Below, piece after piece: positions 17,973 to 25,294 of a stretch of DNA of 64,000 nucleotides (its first letter is position 1; each line of letters starts with the position of its first letter). The stretch comes from an uncultured archaeon. Lineage in GTDB: Archaea > Aenigmatarchaeota > Aenigmatarchaeia > CG10238-14 > SCSR01. Where the stretch lies: assembly GCA_964539655.1 (NCBI GenBank), contig CAZIJH010000002.1:80813-144812 (forward strand), written 5' to 3'. The notes under the pieces were generated by a model. That model searched no databases and was not told the origin of the DNA. It saw only the letters and a program-made list of their open reading frames with translations. Position numbers and translations under genes: made by a program.

Positions 17973-18815
17973 ATGAAAAATATATTTCAAAAGCATTTGG
18001 TACCAGTAATCAAACTGGCAGAACCAAAAACTTACAGACCTTGGGATTGCATAGATAGTCCTTACATTGTAATTAGGTTGAGTGACTTTCTATCAGTGGA
18101 CGGAACTAAATTCAATTTAAAATATTATGATGTGATTAACTGTGGTGGTCTGCACAATTTTTTGAGTTATCACGGCAGAATTTTACTATCGTCTGTGATA
18201 CCTGATAAGAAAATACTTGGTTTTACTGTAGAAATGTACATAGAATGTATCAATAACTTCCGACCAGATTTTTATATGACTCCTGATGGAGAAACATATG
18301 AAGGTCAACCTAAGATATCGCAAAAAGAAATCGATAGGATAATTAAGGACACTGAAAAGCTTGTAAAAAATTGTCCAGCAAGCACCCCCTTTGGTCTTGT
18401 GAAAGGTTCTACATTTTTTCAAATTGAAAATCATGTAAAAATCATGTTATCTTTTGGAATTACATTTTTCGCTCTACACACAGCAGAATTCTTTAGAGAT
18501 AATAAGATATTCCGTATTTCAAAATGTGTAGAATATGCTAAGATAATTAGAAAGTTTGTCCCATATTTAGCTGTTTACGGTATAGGGTCGAAGGAAAATA
18601 TAAGAAAGTTTTTCTTCGTGGACGATTTCATAACTCAAAGTCATTACACGAAAGCATTCCGAAGAAAAGTTTTACAGCATGGTAAGTGGGTTGAATACAG
18701 AGGCGAAATAACGAGAGATGTAATCATGAATAATCTTAAGGGATTAGAATTGTTTCTAGAGAATCTAAAAAAAGAATATGGAGGTTTAATTAATGGGTGG
18801 TGGCTCGAGAGGTAG
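17973..18815 (+). CDS. TGT-fold (tRNA-guanine transglycosylase / DpdA-like) protein lacking the zinc subdomain
   Basis: Block-wise resemblance to bacterial Tgt as I remember it. CGGLHNFLSYHGRILLSS vs GDLHDFMQWKGPILTDSGG. VEMYIECINNFRPDFYMTPDGE vs SMEIQYDLGSDIVMIFDEC. FGLVKGS vs FGIIQGS. VPYLAVYGIGSKENIRKFFFVDDF vs [25 protein letters not shown]. There is no CxCxxC...H zinc motif and it is only 280 aa. Confidence 0.5.
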   Translation: MKNIFQKHLVPVIKLAEPKTYRPWDCIDSPYIVIRLSDFLSVDGTKFNLKYYDVINCGGLHNFLSYHGRILLSSVIPDKKILGFTVEMYIECINNFRPDFYMTPDGETYEGQPKISQKEIDRIIKDTEKLVKNCPASTPFGLVKGSTFFQIENHVKIMLSFGITFFALHTAEFFRDNKIFRISKCVEYAKIIRKFVPYLAVYGIGSKENIRKFFFVDDFITQSHYTKAFRRKVLQHGKWVEYRGEITRDVIMNNLKGLELFLENLKKEYGGLINGWWLER

Positions 18816-19326
18816 CCGCATATCTTACGCGGCATCAAGAATAGACAACACTGGCAGACCTTTTAGTCAAACAAGAAATCTCAGAACATATACGAGTGTG
18901 ACATCTTCTGATGTTACTGATTTAATTTTACCAATTTTGGTCGAAGTTGGGAAGACTATATACCCGCCCGCCGCTCCCATTCTAGAATTGGGTTATGCAC
19001 TATATGTAAATAGAGATCGTATACAAATTATCTTCAAAGTTGTCAAAGAGTTTAGCGAAGGCGACACAGAAGGTGCCCTGACGGAAGTTGGTAAAGGTGT
19101 TGCAAGAGAAGTTATCAAAGGTAGTCTACAAACAATACAACAACCTCATGTATCTTCATTTGTCGAGAAATCATCAAAAACATTGAATGAAAATGGCTTC
19201 CTAAATTCATCAAAGTATGAAGTTACATACAAAAGAGCCGCCAAAAGAACAGCAGAAGCTGCTCTAGATAAAGTAAATACAAAAGTGGCAGATAAAATTA
19301 TTAAAGAGGGAGATAAAGATGAATGA
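18793..19326 (+). CDS. Hypothetical protein (cassette gene 2)
   Basis: 177-aa ORF whose start overlaps the upstream gene by 23 nt. No recognised motif; the central and C-terminal parts look helical. Confidence 0.45.
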   Translation: MGGGSRGSRISYAASRIDNTGRPFSQTRNLRTYTSVTSSDVTDLILPILVEVGKTIYPPAAPILELGYALYVNRDRIQIIFKVVKEFSEGDTEGALTEVGKGVAREVIKGSLQTIQQPHVSSFVEKSSKTLNENGFLNSSKYEVTYKRAAKRTAEAALDKVNTKVADKIIKEGDKDE

Positions 19327-19612
19327 CGAAGATAAACAAATAGAAATAATAATGAACACTATAGTTAATTACATCTCATCAGAATTCGATGCAAAAATTG
19401 ATCAGAAAAAAATAGATTTTAAGAAAAAAATGGAACTTAAAAAGTTAGTCAAAGATAACTTGATAGAAACTTTAAAATCGATGAATAAAAAAGAATTACT
19501 TCCCTCAAGAAATATTACTACCAAAGAAGAATTTTCACAACATATTTTGAAATTGATGAATATAGTACGTCCACTGCTCATTATTAAAATAAAGGCAGAG
19601 AGTAAAATATGA
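19319..19612 (+). CDS. Hypothetical small Lys-rich helical protein (cassette gene 3)
   Basis: 97-aa ORF overlapping both neighbours (8 nt and 4 nt). No recognised motif. Confidence 0.4.
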   Translation: MNDEDKQIEIIMNTIVNYISSEFDAKIDQKKIDFKKKMELKKLVKDNLIETLKSMNKKELLPSRNITTKEEFSQHILKLMNIVRPLLIIKIKAESKI

Positions 19613-21345
19613 AAATAAGTTATTGGAATTCAAAAATAATATCTCTAACAGACGAGGAATTCGAAGAGTTGTGTTACGATTTGGTAAAATCACTTAATTT
19701 TGTAAATGTTAAATGGGTGGGCAGAGGAGGAAGTGATAAAGGTAGAGATATAACTGCTGAAAAAATCGAAACTAAAGCTGGAGTAACCACAATAAAAGAA
19801 ATTTGGTTTTTCCAATGTAAAAAATATTCAAATGGTATACCAGAATCTAAAATTAGTTCAGCTATAGACTGGGCACATGCTGAGAAATCCGATTATTTAG
19901 TTTTTATATCAAATAGTCATCTCACAACCCATACACAAGAATATATAAAAAAAAGGCAAGAACAAATTTCATGTAAAATTTTTGAATGGACAGATAAACA
20001 ATTTTTTGATTTGCTATTTAGGTTTCCTCATTTGGTAAAAGCATATTTTCCTGACGAGAAATTACCCAAATTAGAAAAAAATAATATACCCAATAGTATA
20101 TTCGAAATCATCTTAAATGTACCACAAGATCTTAAATCTGAATTAGAACAAAAATTCTTTGAGATTAAAGACTTAGAAAATAATGTAAAGATGAAAAAAT
20201 TATTTGAAATAATTAAAGTCAAAATATTAGATTCTCAGAATTTTGATTTGAATGTTAAAGCTTTAATTTTACAAAATTTCTCTGTAATATCTTACAGATT
20301 AGGTAATACAGAAGACGCTATAAAATTCATTGAAGAAGCTTTAAAAATTACTCCTAAAAACATTGTAGTCATGTTTGACAAAGCAGTTTATTTGACATCA
20401 ATGAAACGATATGAAGAATCTTTGGAAATTTATGATAAAATTTTAGAATTGGATCCATCCAATAAAATTGCCTTGAATGATAAAGGTTATGCTTTTGCTC
20501 AATTGAAAAGATACATTGGTGCTATACACTGTTTTGACAAAGCAGTTGCGATAGATCCGACGTTTATTATTGCTAGAGATAACAAAGGAGTGACTTTAGT
20601 ACAACAAGATAAACATTTAGAAGCCATGAGAATTTATGATGATACATTAGCGCATTTTCCTAACTCAAAAACAACTTTGAACAAAAAAGGAAATTTATTG
20701 TTGGAACAGAAGAACTTCAAAGTTGCATACGACTGCTTTGAAAGGGCTTTGCAAATTGATTCTACTTTTCTAGACGCGTTAAATAATCTAGGTGTGGTGA
20801 TCCAAAATATGGATAATTATGTCAAAAATGAAGAAGAATATAATGGGTGGAACTTACTTGCATTAAAAAAGTTCGAAAATATATTATCTTTGGATGAAAA
20901 CTATAGCAGAGCTTATACAAATCGTATTGCATGTTTACTTAATTTGAATAAAATTGAAGATGCATCAAAAATAATAGAAGAAACATTGGCAATATTTCCT
21001 GTGAATTTTTTGGTATTCGGGGAAAAAGCTCGTCTGTTTGGAATGTTAGGTAAATACAACGAAGCTTTGGGATTCGTAAAGAAGGCATTGAATTTGGAGC
21101 CGAAATCCAAAGAATTACTTTTAACAAAATGCTGGCTTCTAATAAAGCAAGGCAAAGAGAAAAAATCTTTAAAACTAGTGGATGAAATTATTAATATATT
21201 TCCGAAAAGTTTTGAAGCATGGCGACTAAAAGGAGATGCATTAAAGTTATTAGGTAAATTAGAAAAGTCGAAAAAATGTTACGCCAAAGCGCAAGAATTA
21301 ATTACTCCGAAAAGTTTGCTTAATCTCTCAGAGTTGCTTTCTTAG
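19609..21345 (+). CDS. Mrr-like restriction endonuclease domain fused to a long TPR array
   Basis: The N-terminus FEELCYDLVKSLNFVNVKWVGRGGSDKGRDITAEK...IWFFQCKKYSNGIPESKISSAIDWA matches the Mrr_cat PD-(D/E)xK pattern (G.DgGiDi ... QcK+y). The C-terminal 350 aa or so hold repeated 34-aa TPR-like units (e.g. AIKFIEEALKITPKN, SLEIYDKILELDPSN, AIHCFDKAVAIDPTF, AYDCFERALQIDSTF, ALGFVKKALNLEPKS). Confidence 0.7.
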   Translation: MKISYWNSKIISLTDEEFEELCYDLVKSLNFVNVKWVGRGGSDKGRDITAEKIETKAGVTTIKEIWFFQCKKYSNGIPESKISSAIDWAHAEKSDYLVFISNSHLTTHTQEYIKKRQEQISCKIFEWTDKQFFDLLFRFPHLVKAYFPDEKLPKLEKNNIPNSIFEIILNVPQDLKSELEQKFFEIKDLENNVKMKKLFEIIKVKILDSQNFDLNVKALILQNFSVISYRLGNTEDAIKFIEEALKITPKNIVVMFDKAVYLTSMKRYEESLEIYDKILELDPSNKIALNDKGYAFAQLKRYIGAIHCFDKAVAIDPTFIIARDNKGVTLVQQDKHLEAMRIYDDTLAHFPNSKTTLNKKGNLLLEQKNFKVAYDCFERALQIDSTFLDALNNLGVVIQNMDNYVKNEEEYNGWNLLALKKFENILSLDENYSRAYTNRIACLLNLNKIEDASKIIEETLAIFPVNFLVFGEKARLFGMLGKYNEALGFVKKALNLEPKSKELLLTKCWLLIKQGKEKKSLKLVDEIINIFPKSFEAWRLKGDALKLLGKLEKSKKCYAKAQELITPKSLLNLSELLS

Positions 21346-21414
21346 TACATATGAATTGTCTAGTTATGTAAGAGTGTTGATTCATTTTTATTCCTTTAAA
21401 ATAGATTCTGTTAT

Positions 21415-21810
21415 ATGAAACACCTCTTAAGAAGATCTCGAAAATTGTGCATGAAAATTCTTAAGAAGAAATTTAAACCAATTAAAAATATAACCTTTCC
21501 AAAATCTCAAGGAGTTTACATTGTTAAAGAAAAAAACAGGAAATTTTTTGGCGGAAAAATATTCTATGTAGGAAAATCGTATAATTTATACAGAAGAATA
21601 ATGAACGGACATATTGGGCATGGTAGTATACTGACAATTAAATTGAAAAAATATATGCCACGTAAAAAAATCAAAGATTATTTACTAAATAGATGTTTGT
21701 GGACTTTTGAAGAAATAGAAAAATTTGACATTAATTCTTTAGTAGAAATTTTATTGATTGCATATTTAAGACAGAAAGGAATCAGCCATTTGCTAAATCA
21801 ATCTCGATAA
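21415..21810 (+). CDS. GIY-YIG domain protein (stand-alone nuclease-like)
   Basis: SQGVYIVKEKNRKFFGGKIFYVGKSYNLYRRIMNGH fits the GIY...YVG motifs with a downstream Arg. 131 aa, AT-rich, same strand as the cassette. Confidence 0.55.
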   Translation: MKHLLRRSRKLCMKILKKKFKPIKNITFPKSQGVYIVKEKNRKFFGGKIFYVGKSYNLYRRIMNGHIGHGSILTIKLKKYMPRKKIKDYLLNRCLWTFEEIEKFDINSLVEILLIAYLRQKGISHLLNQSR

Positions 21811-21826
21811 AAAATCAATAAATTAA

Positions 21827-22612
21827 TTACGAATTTTTTTTGTTAGAATACAGTTGCTCCAAAATTCTCATCGTTTCCATCTGTAGCCAGTCAACTTTTT
21901 CTGGCGGACACCATGTCATAGGAGTCTGCGAGCGTGCAATTGTTATTACATCTGGCCTGTTCACGCCATTGAGGAGGTTGCGCACATTTTCCATTCTTGA
22001 AATACAGTCGGACGGGCCGTCTTCCCCGATCCTGTCGTTTCCGGATGCGAACGCGTCAAGGTCGATGTCGAGTATGAGCGAACGCGGAGAACCGTTTATC
22101 TCGCCGCACATCTCTTTCATGCCGATAATGTCCGGGCTTGGAACAGAATGTTTGCCGGTCGTCGTTTCCCACAAAATGTTGTATCTCTCGTCAAAACGTG
22201 TTTTCGGGACGTTTTTGATTTCTCCGTTGGCTATCCTGCCATACGCGCAGATGTATTTGTTCCTCGGATCGTAATGGTAGATCGGGCCAGCTATTCCGTC
22301 GGTGACTGCGACAGAGATGAAATCTCCTATGTTTATGTCTCTGACAATGTTTTTCCTGTAAAATTCTCCGCGCATTTTGTCCAAGTCGCATTTCTTTGCT
22401 ATTTGGCTGGGAACCAGCGCGCCGCACGCCATATCGCTGTGATTGTCTATATGCAAGACCGCCGCCGGACTGCCTTTTACCCTGTACCACGCATCAAGCA
22501 CATCGTCGTGCGGATCAACTATGCAGCAGTCGATGCCCGCGATCGAAATGTTCTCGGGATATGTGTACGTTCCTTTTTCTTTGCTCAACAGTTTTGTGTC
22601 TGCCTTCAGCAT
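21827..22612 (-). CDS. UPF0489 (C5orf22-like) family protein
   Basis: Resembles blocks I recall from eukaryotic UPF0489. CCIVDPHDDVLDAWYRV...AVLHIDNHSDMA vs VVEDHQEVLPFIYRA...FLHFDSHPDL. SLILDIDLDAFAS vs FVLDIDLDFFSV. PDVITIARSQTPMTWCPPEKVDWLQ vs [24 protein letters not shown]. Confidence 0.6.
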   Translation of the reverse strand: MLKADTKLLSKEKGTYTYPENISIAGIDCCIVDPHDDVLDAWYRVKGSPAAVLHIDNHSDMACGALVPSQIAKKCDLDKMRGEFYRKNIVRDINIGDFISVAVTDGIAGPIYHYDPRNKYICAYGRIANGEIKNVPKTRFDERYNILWETTTGKHSVPSPDIIGMKEMCGEINGSPRSLILDIDLDAFASGNDRIGEDGPSDCISRMENVRNLLNGVNRPDVITIARSQTPMTWCPPEKVDWLQMETMRILEQLYSNKKNS

Positions 22613-22683
22613 GAGAATTAGCTATGTGGCTGAACGATTTAAATGCCGCTAATATGGCCACTCTAAAAAATAAAGTTTAAATA

Positions 22684-22748
22684 GTTCTAGTTTAGAACGT
22701 ATGTTATATGATAGAACCGCACGGTAATGAAAACGAACATACGTTCTA
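22684..22748. promoter_or_regulatory. TAGAAC/GTTCTA half-site cluster, including a 13-bp perfect inverted repeat bracketing the MNT start codon
   Basis: TAGAACGTATGTT (22693-22705) and its exact complement AACATACGTTCTA (22736-22748) flank ATG 22708. Extra half-sites are GTTCTA (22684-22689) and TAGAAC (22712-22717). Confidence 0.5.
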
Positions 22749-23298
22749 TATACAAACCGCTCTCCAGAAAGTGCAGGAGGTCTTCTATAAATTTCCTGAA
22801 AGGGAGTTCAGCCTGAGCGACCTCGCAGAGGAGGCGGGCGTGGCGAAGGCGAATCTGGGGCGCATCATCGTCATTCTTGAGAAATACGGATTCGTCAAGC
22901 TCGAGAAACTCACGAAAATTTGGCGCATCAAAGCGAACCAGTCAAGCTGGTTCTTTGTTAAGAACAAAATAATTTACAATCTGAATTTGATTTATCAAAG
23001 CGGAATAACAGAAATTCTCAACGAAATATACAGCCGTCCAAAATCGATAACACTCTTTGGGAGTTTCAGGAAAGGCGAGGACATTTCTACATCCGACATA
23101 GACGTAGCCGTGGAGAGCGACGAATTCAAGGAATACAAGATATTGTCCGGGCTGAAGGAGCTCGAATCGATCGGGAAGACGATCGGCGGACGCAAGATCC
23201 AGATACACGAGTTCAGCAGGAAAACAGTCGACAAGAACCTGTTCAACAACATCGCGAACGGTATCGTGCTCATAGGATTTCTGGAAGTGAACCCGTGA
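22708..23298 (+). CDS. wHTH-fused minimal nucleotidyltransferase (MNT)
   Basis: N-terminal wHTH-like region (FSLSDLAEEAGVAKANLGRIIVILEKYGFVKLEK) plus the pol-beta NTase motif LFGSFRKGEDISTSDIDVAV. Overlaps the downstream HEPN gene by 4 nt. Confidence 0.8.
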   Translation: MIEPHGNENEHTFYIQTALQKVQEVFYKFPEREFSLSDLAEEAGVAKANLGRIIVILEKYGFVKLEKLTKIWRIKANQSSWFFVKNKIIYNLNLIYQSGITEILNEIYSRPKSITLFGSFRKGEDISTSDIDVAVESDEFKEYKILSGLKELESIGKTIGGRKIQIHEFSRKTVDKNLFNNIANGIVLIGFLEVNP

Positions 23299-23735
23299 GA
23301 AAAGAATTTCTCGGCATGCTCGTCAGGGACGGAAGGATCAGAATAAGGAGCGTGGACAACGAAAGGATAAAATCGTTGCTCAGCTCCGCCGCGATGAATA
23401 CGAAAGTTGTCCTGTCGATGAAAGTCACCGAAGAAAATGCCACGGTCATATTCAGGGAAGTGTACGAATCCGTACGGCAGTTGGGGGACGCAAGATGGTG
23501 GTCTCTGGGATACGAACCCTGGGGTTCTGGAGGGCACGAAGTGTGTCTGGAAATTTTGAAGGACATGGAAGTCGAACAGAAAACAAAACTTAATTTTTTG
23601 GACAGGTTCAGGCAGATAAGGAACGAGGCGAATTACCGCGGATACAAAATATCTGTCGCCCAGGCCACGGAAATTGCAAATTTCTGGAACGAAGTGGGGA
23701 AAGAGATACTTGGATTGCTTAAGAAAAATCTTTGA
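23295..23735 (+). CDS. HEPN domain protein (cognate of MNT)
   Basis: 146 aa, helical. The motif RFRQIRNEANYRG resembles the HEPN R-x4-6-H region, though with Tyr where His is expected. Canonical MNT-HEPN gene pair arrangement. Confidence 0.65.
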   Translation: MRKEFLGMLVRDGRIRIRSVDNERIKSLLSSAAMNTKVVLSMKVTEENATVIFREVYESVRQLGDARWWSLGYEPWGSGGHEVCLEILKDMEVEQKTKLNFLDRFRQIRNEANYRGYKISVAQATEIANFWNEVGKEILGLLKKNL

Positions 23736-23747
23736 CAAATGAAAATT

Positions 23748-24005
23748 TTACTTCCCTATCAATTTCTTCAATTTAGAAATATATTCTGCCTTTTCTTCCT
23801 CGGGCAGCAGGGAAATCAGCTTTAGATAAATATCAACGTAATTCTCTGCGCGCTGAAGAACATAATCCAGTCCTTCTTTCACATTTTCGGTTTTGAATTT
23901 GGAAGGATCAGTAGTGTTTGCTGGACCCAATAGTCGAGTTTTAGATCTGCCGGCTGACAGGTACAGATAAGAATTGCCGTGTATCTTCTTGGTGCTTAGA
24001 CTCAT
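23748..24005 (-). CDS. Small hypothetical protein, paralogue A of a tandem pair
   Basis: 85 aa: MSLSTKKIHGNSYLYLSAGRSKTRLLGP...GLDYV...LLPEEE. Shares MSL...GN..Y.Y...LGP...L(D/E)Y...LLP with the neighbouring ORF. Confidence 0.45.
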   Translation of the reverse strand: MSLSTKKIHGNSYLYLSAGRSKTRLLGPANTTDPSKFKTENVKEGLDYVLQRAENYVDIYLKLISLLPEEEKAEYISKLKKLIGK

Positions 24006-24013
24006 GTTTTGTT

Positions 24014-24262
24014 TCAGCTTCCTTTCTTAATCAGAAAATATACCTCTTCCACATCTTTCGGCGGAAGGAGAGCAAACAATTGGTCTTCGACATCATTGTA
24101 ATGTTTGACGGCGTCATGTTTCAATTTCTCCATGTACTCTAATGCCTCTATGATTTTCTGCCGATTTTCTTTTCCCACCGGCCCTAGGTATATTTGGGCA
24201 GTTCCACCCTTCTTGAAGTATCTGTAATCCGTGTTGCCTTTGCGCCGTTTGAACAAACTCAT
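24014..24262 (-). CDS. Small hypothetical protein, paralogue B of a tandem pair
   Basis: 82 aa: MSLFKRRKGNTDYRYFKKGGTAQIYLGP...ALEYM...LLPPKD. Same pattern as 23748..24005. Confidence 0.45.
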   Translation of the reverse strand: MSLFKRRKGNTDYRYFKKGGTAQIYLGPVGKENRQKIIEALEYMEKLKHDAVKHYNDVEDQLFALLPPKDVEEVYFLIKKGS

Positions 24263-24337
24263 GAAATTCAGATTACCAGCAAAGAATTTAAACTTGAACT
24301 GATTTCTTGCTCAATAAGGAGAATTAGTTGATGTAAA

Positions 24338-24673
24338 ATGAATTCTGACAAAACTAATCTGCAGAATTATGTGAAAAAGTTAAGACGATACCTTAGACCA
24401 GAAACTATGTTGCTATTGAGGATGTACATATCCGAGGAAGCTATTTCATTTTCTCAGTTGGCTAAAGACACGCATGTTCCACGTAGTGCTGTTGTAAAAC
24501 ACTTAAAATCTTTGACACAAGAAGGAACGGTATCATCCTACAAAGACCCATCTCACCAACAGAGAAAATTATACACAATAAATGATAACAGCCGAGACAC
24601 AGTTCAACACCTCCTAAATATTGATGATGTATCAAACACGTATGCAAATTATCTGGAAAAAAATAGGAAGTGA
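24338..24673 (+). CDS. ArsR/MarR-like winged-helix transcriptional regulator
   Basis: ISFSQLAKDTHVPRSAVVKHLKSLTQEGTVSSYKD is a classic HTH plus wing. Divergent from the small paralogue pair. Confidence 0.6.
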   Translation: MNSDKTNLQNYVKKLRRYLRPETMLLLRMYISEEAISFSQLAKDTHVPRSAVVKHLKSLTQEGTVSSYKDPSHQQRKLYTINDNSRDTVQHLLNIDDVSNTYANYLEKNRK

Positions 24674-24677
24674 AAAA

Positions 24678-24983
24678 ATGAGTGATTCTGTAAATCCTAA
24701 CAACTACGGAACCTGCGTAAGAAGGGTCAGGATTTTGGACGGCCGAGAAGTTGGTGCAGTAACGCCTTCGGACGGCGATTATAAAATCGATAGCAAGCCC
24801 CAAATTATGGGGAACAAAATTCTCGTCTCGTACACGAACAGGCAAAATAAACGCGACATCATCGTAGAAACTTACAAAAGACGGGAACAATCGGCGCAGC
24901 CTGATTTTTATTTCGGGATGGACCTGGCGGATCTGCTGGAAAAAATAGAAAGCGGAAGAAAGGCCGCACACGAAGGAAAATAG
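24678..24983 (+). CDS. Hypothetical protein
   Basis: ATG at 24678 (MSDSVNPNNYGTC...) within ORF 24621..24983, starting 5 nt after the regulator stop. No recognised motif. Confidence 0.4.
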   Translation: MSDSVNPNNYGTCVRRVRILDGREVGAVTPSDGDYKIDSKPQIMGNKILVSYTNRQNKRDIIVETYKRREQSAQPDFYFGMDLADLLEKIESGRKAAHEGK

Positions 24984-25042
24984 GAACGAACTTCTACTTA
25001 AATCAAGAAATATTTAAATAGTTCTTAACATAAGTAAATAGT

Positions 25043-25294
25043 ATGTCAAAGGTGATCACGCTCAGCCTGAAGGACGACGTTGAGAAGGAATTGCGAAGAT
25101 TGGCCGTTCAGAAGTTCGGTGGCGGCAAGGGGAGCATGTCGAAAGTCGTGGCCGAGGCCGTAGACGAATTGAAGAAGAAGGAAACGATTGATCCCGGATA
25201 TGCGAAATTCCTACAGGTCATGAAAGAGATCGAAGGAAAGGGTTACGGCGGACTGAAAAAGTACAAATCCAGGAGCGAACTCTATGAAAGATGA
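25043..25294 (+). CDS. vapB: Type II antitoxin (RHH/VapB-like)
   Basis: 83 aa: MSKVITLSLKDDVEKELRRLAVQKFGGGKGSMSKVVAEAVDEL is RHH-like. Overlaps the downstream PIN gene by 11 nt. Confidence 0.65.
   Translation: MSKVITLSLKDDVEKELRRLAVQKFGGGKGSMSKVVAEAVDELKKKETIDPGYAKFLQVMKEIEGKGYGGLKKYKSRSELYER

Larger units (their letters stand above)
17520..21826. other. Strongly AT-rich compositional island (likely horizontally acquired cassette)
   Basis: Hand counts of 60-nt lines give 13/60 G+C at 19381-19440 and 16/60 at 20401-20460, against 33/60 at 28381-28440. All large ORFs inside are on the + strand with overlapping stops and starts. Confidence 0.6.

Noticed and set aside
22995-23738. 247-aa minus-strand ORF
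   Set aside because: It is antisense to the MNT and HEPN genes, both of which have family motifs, and has no motifs of its own.
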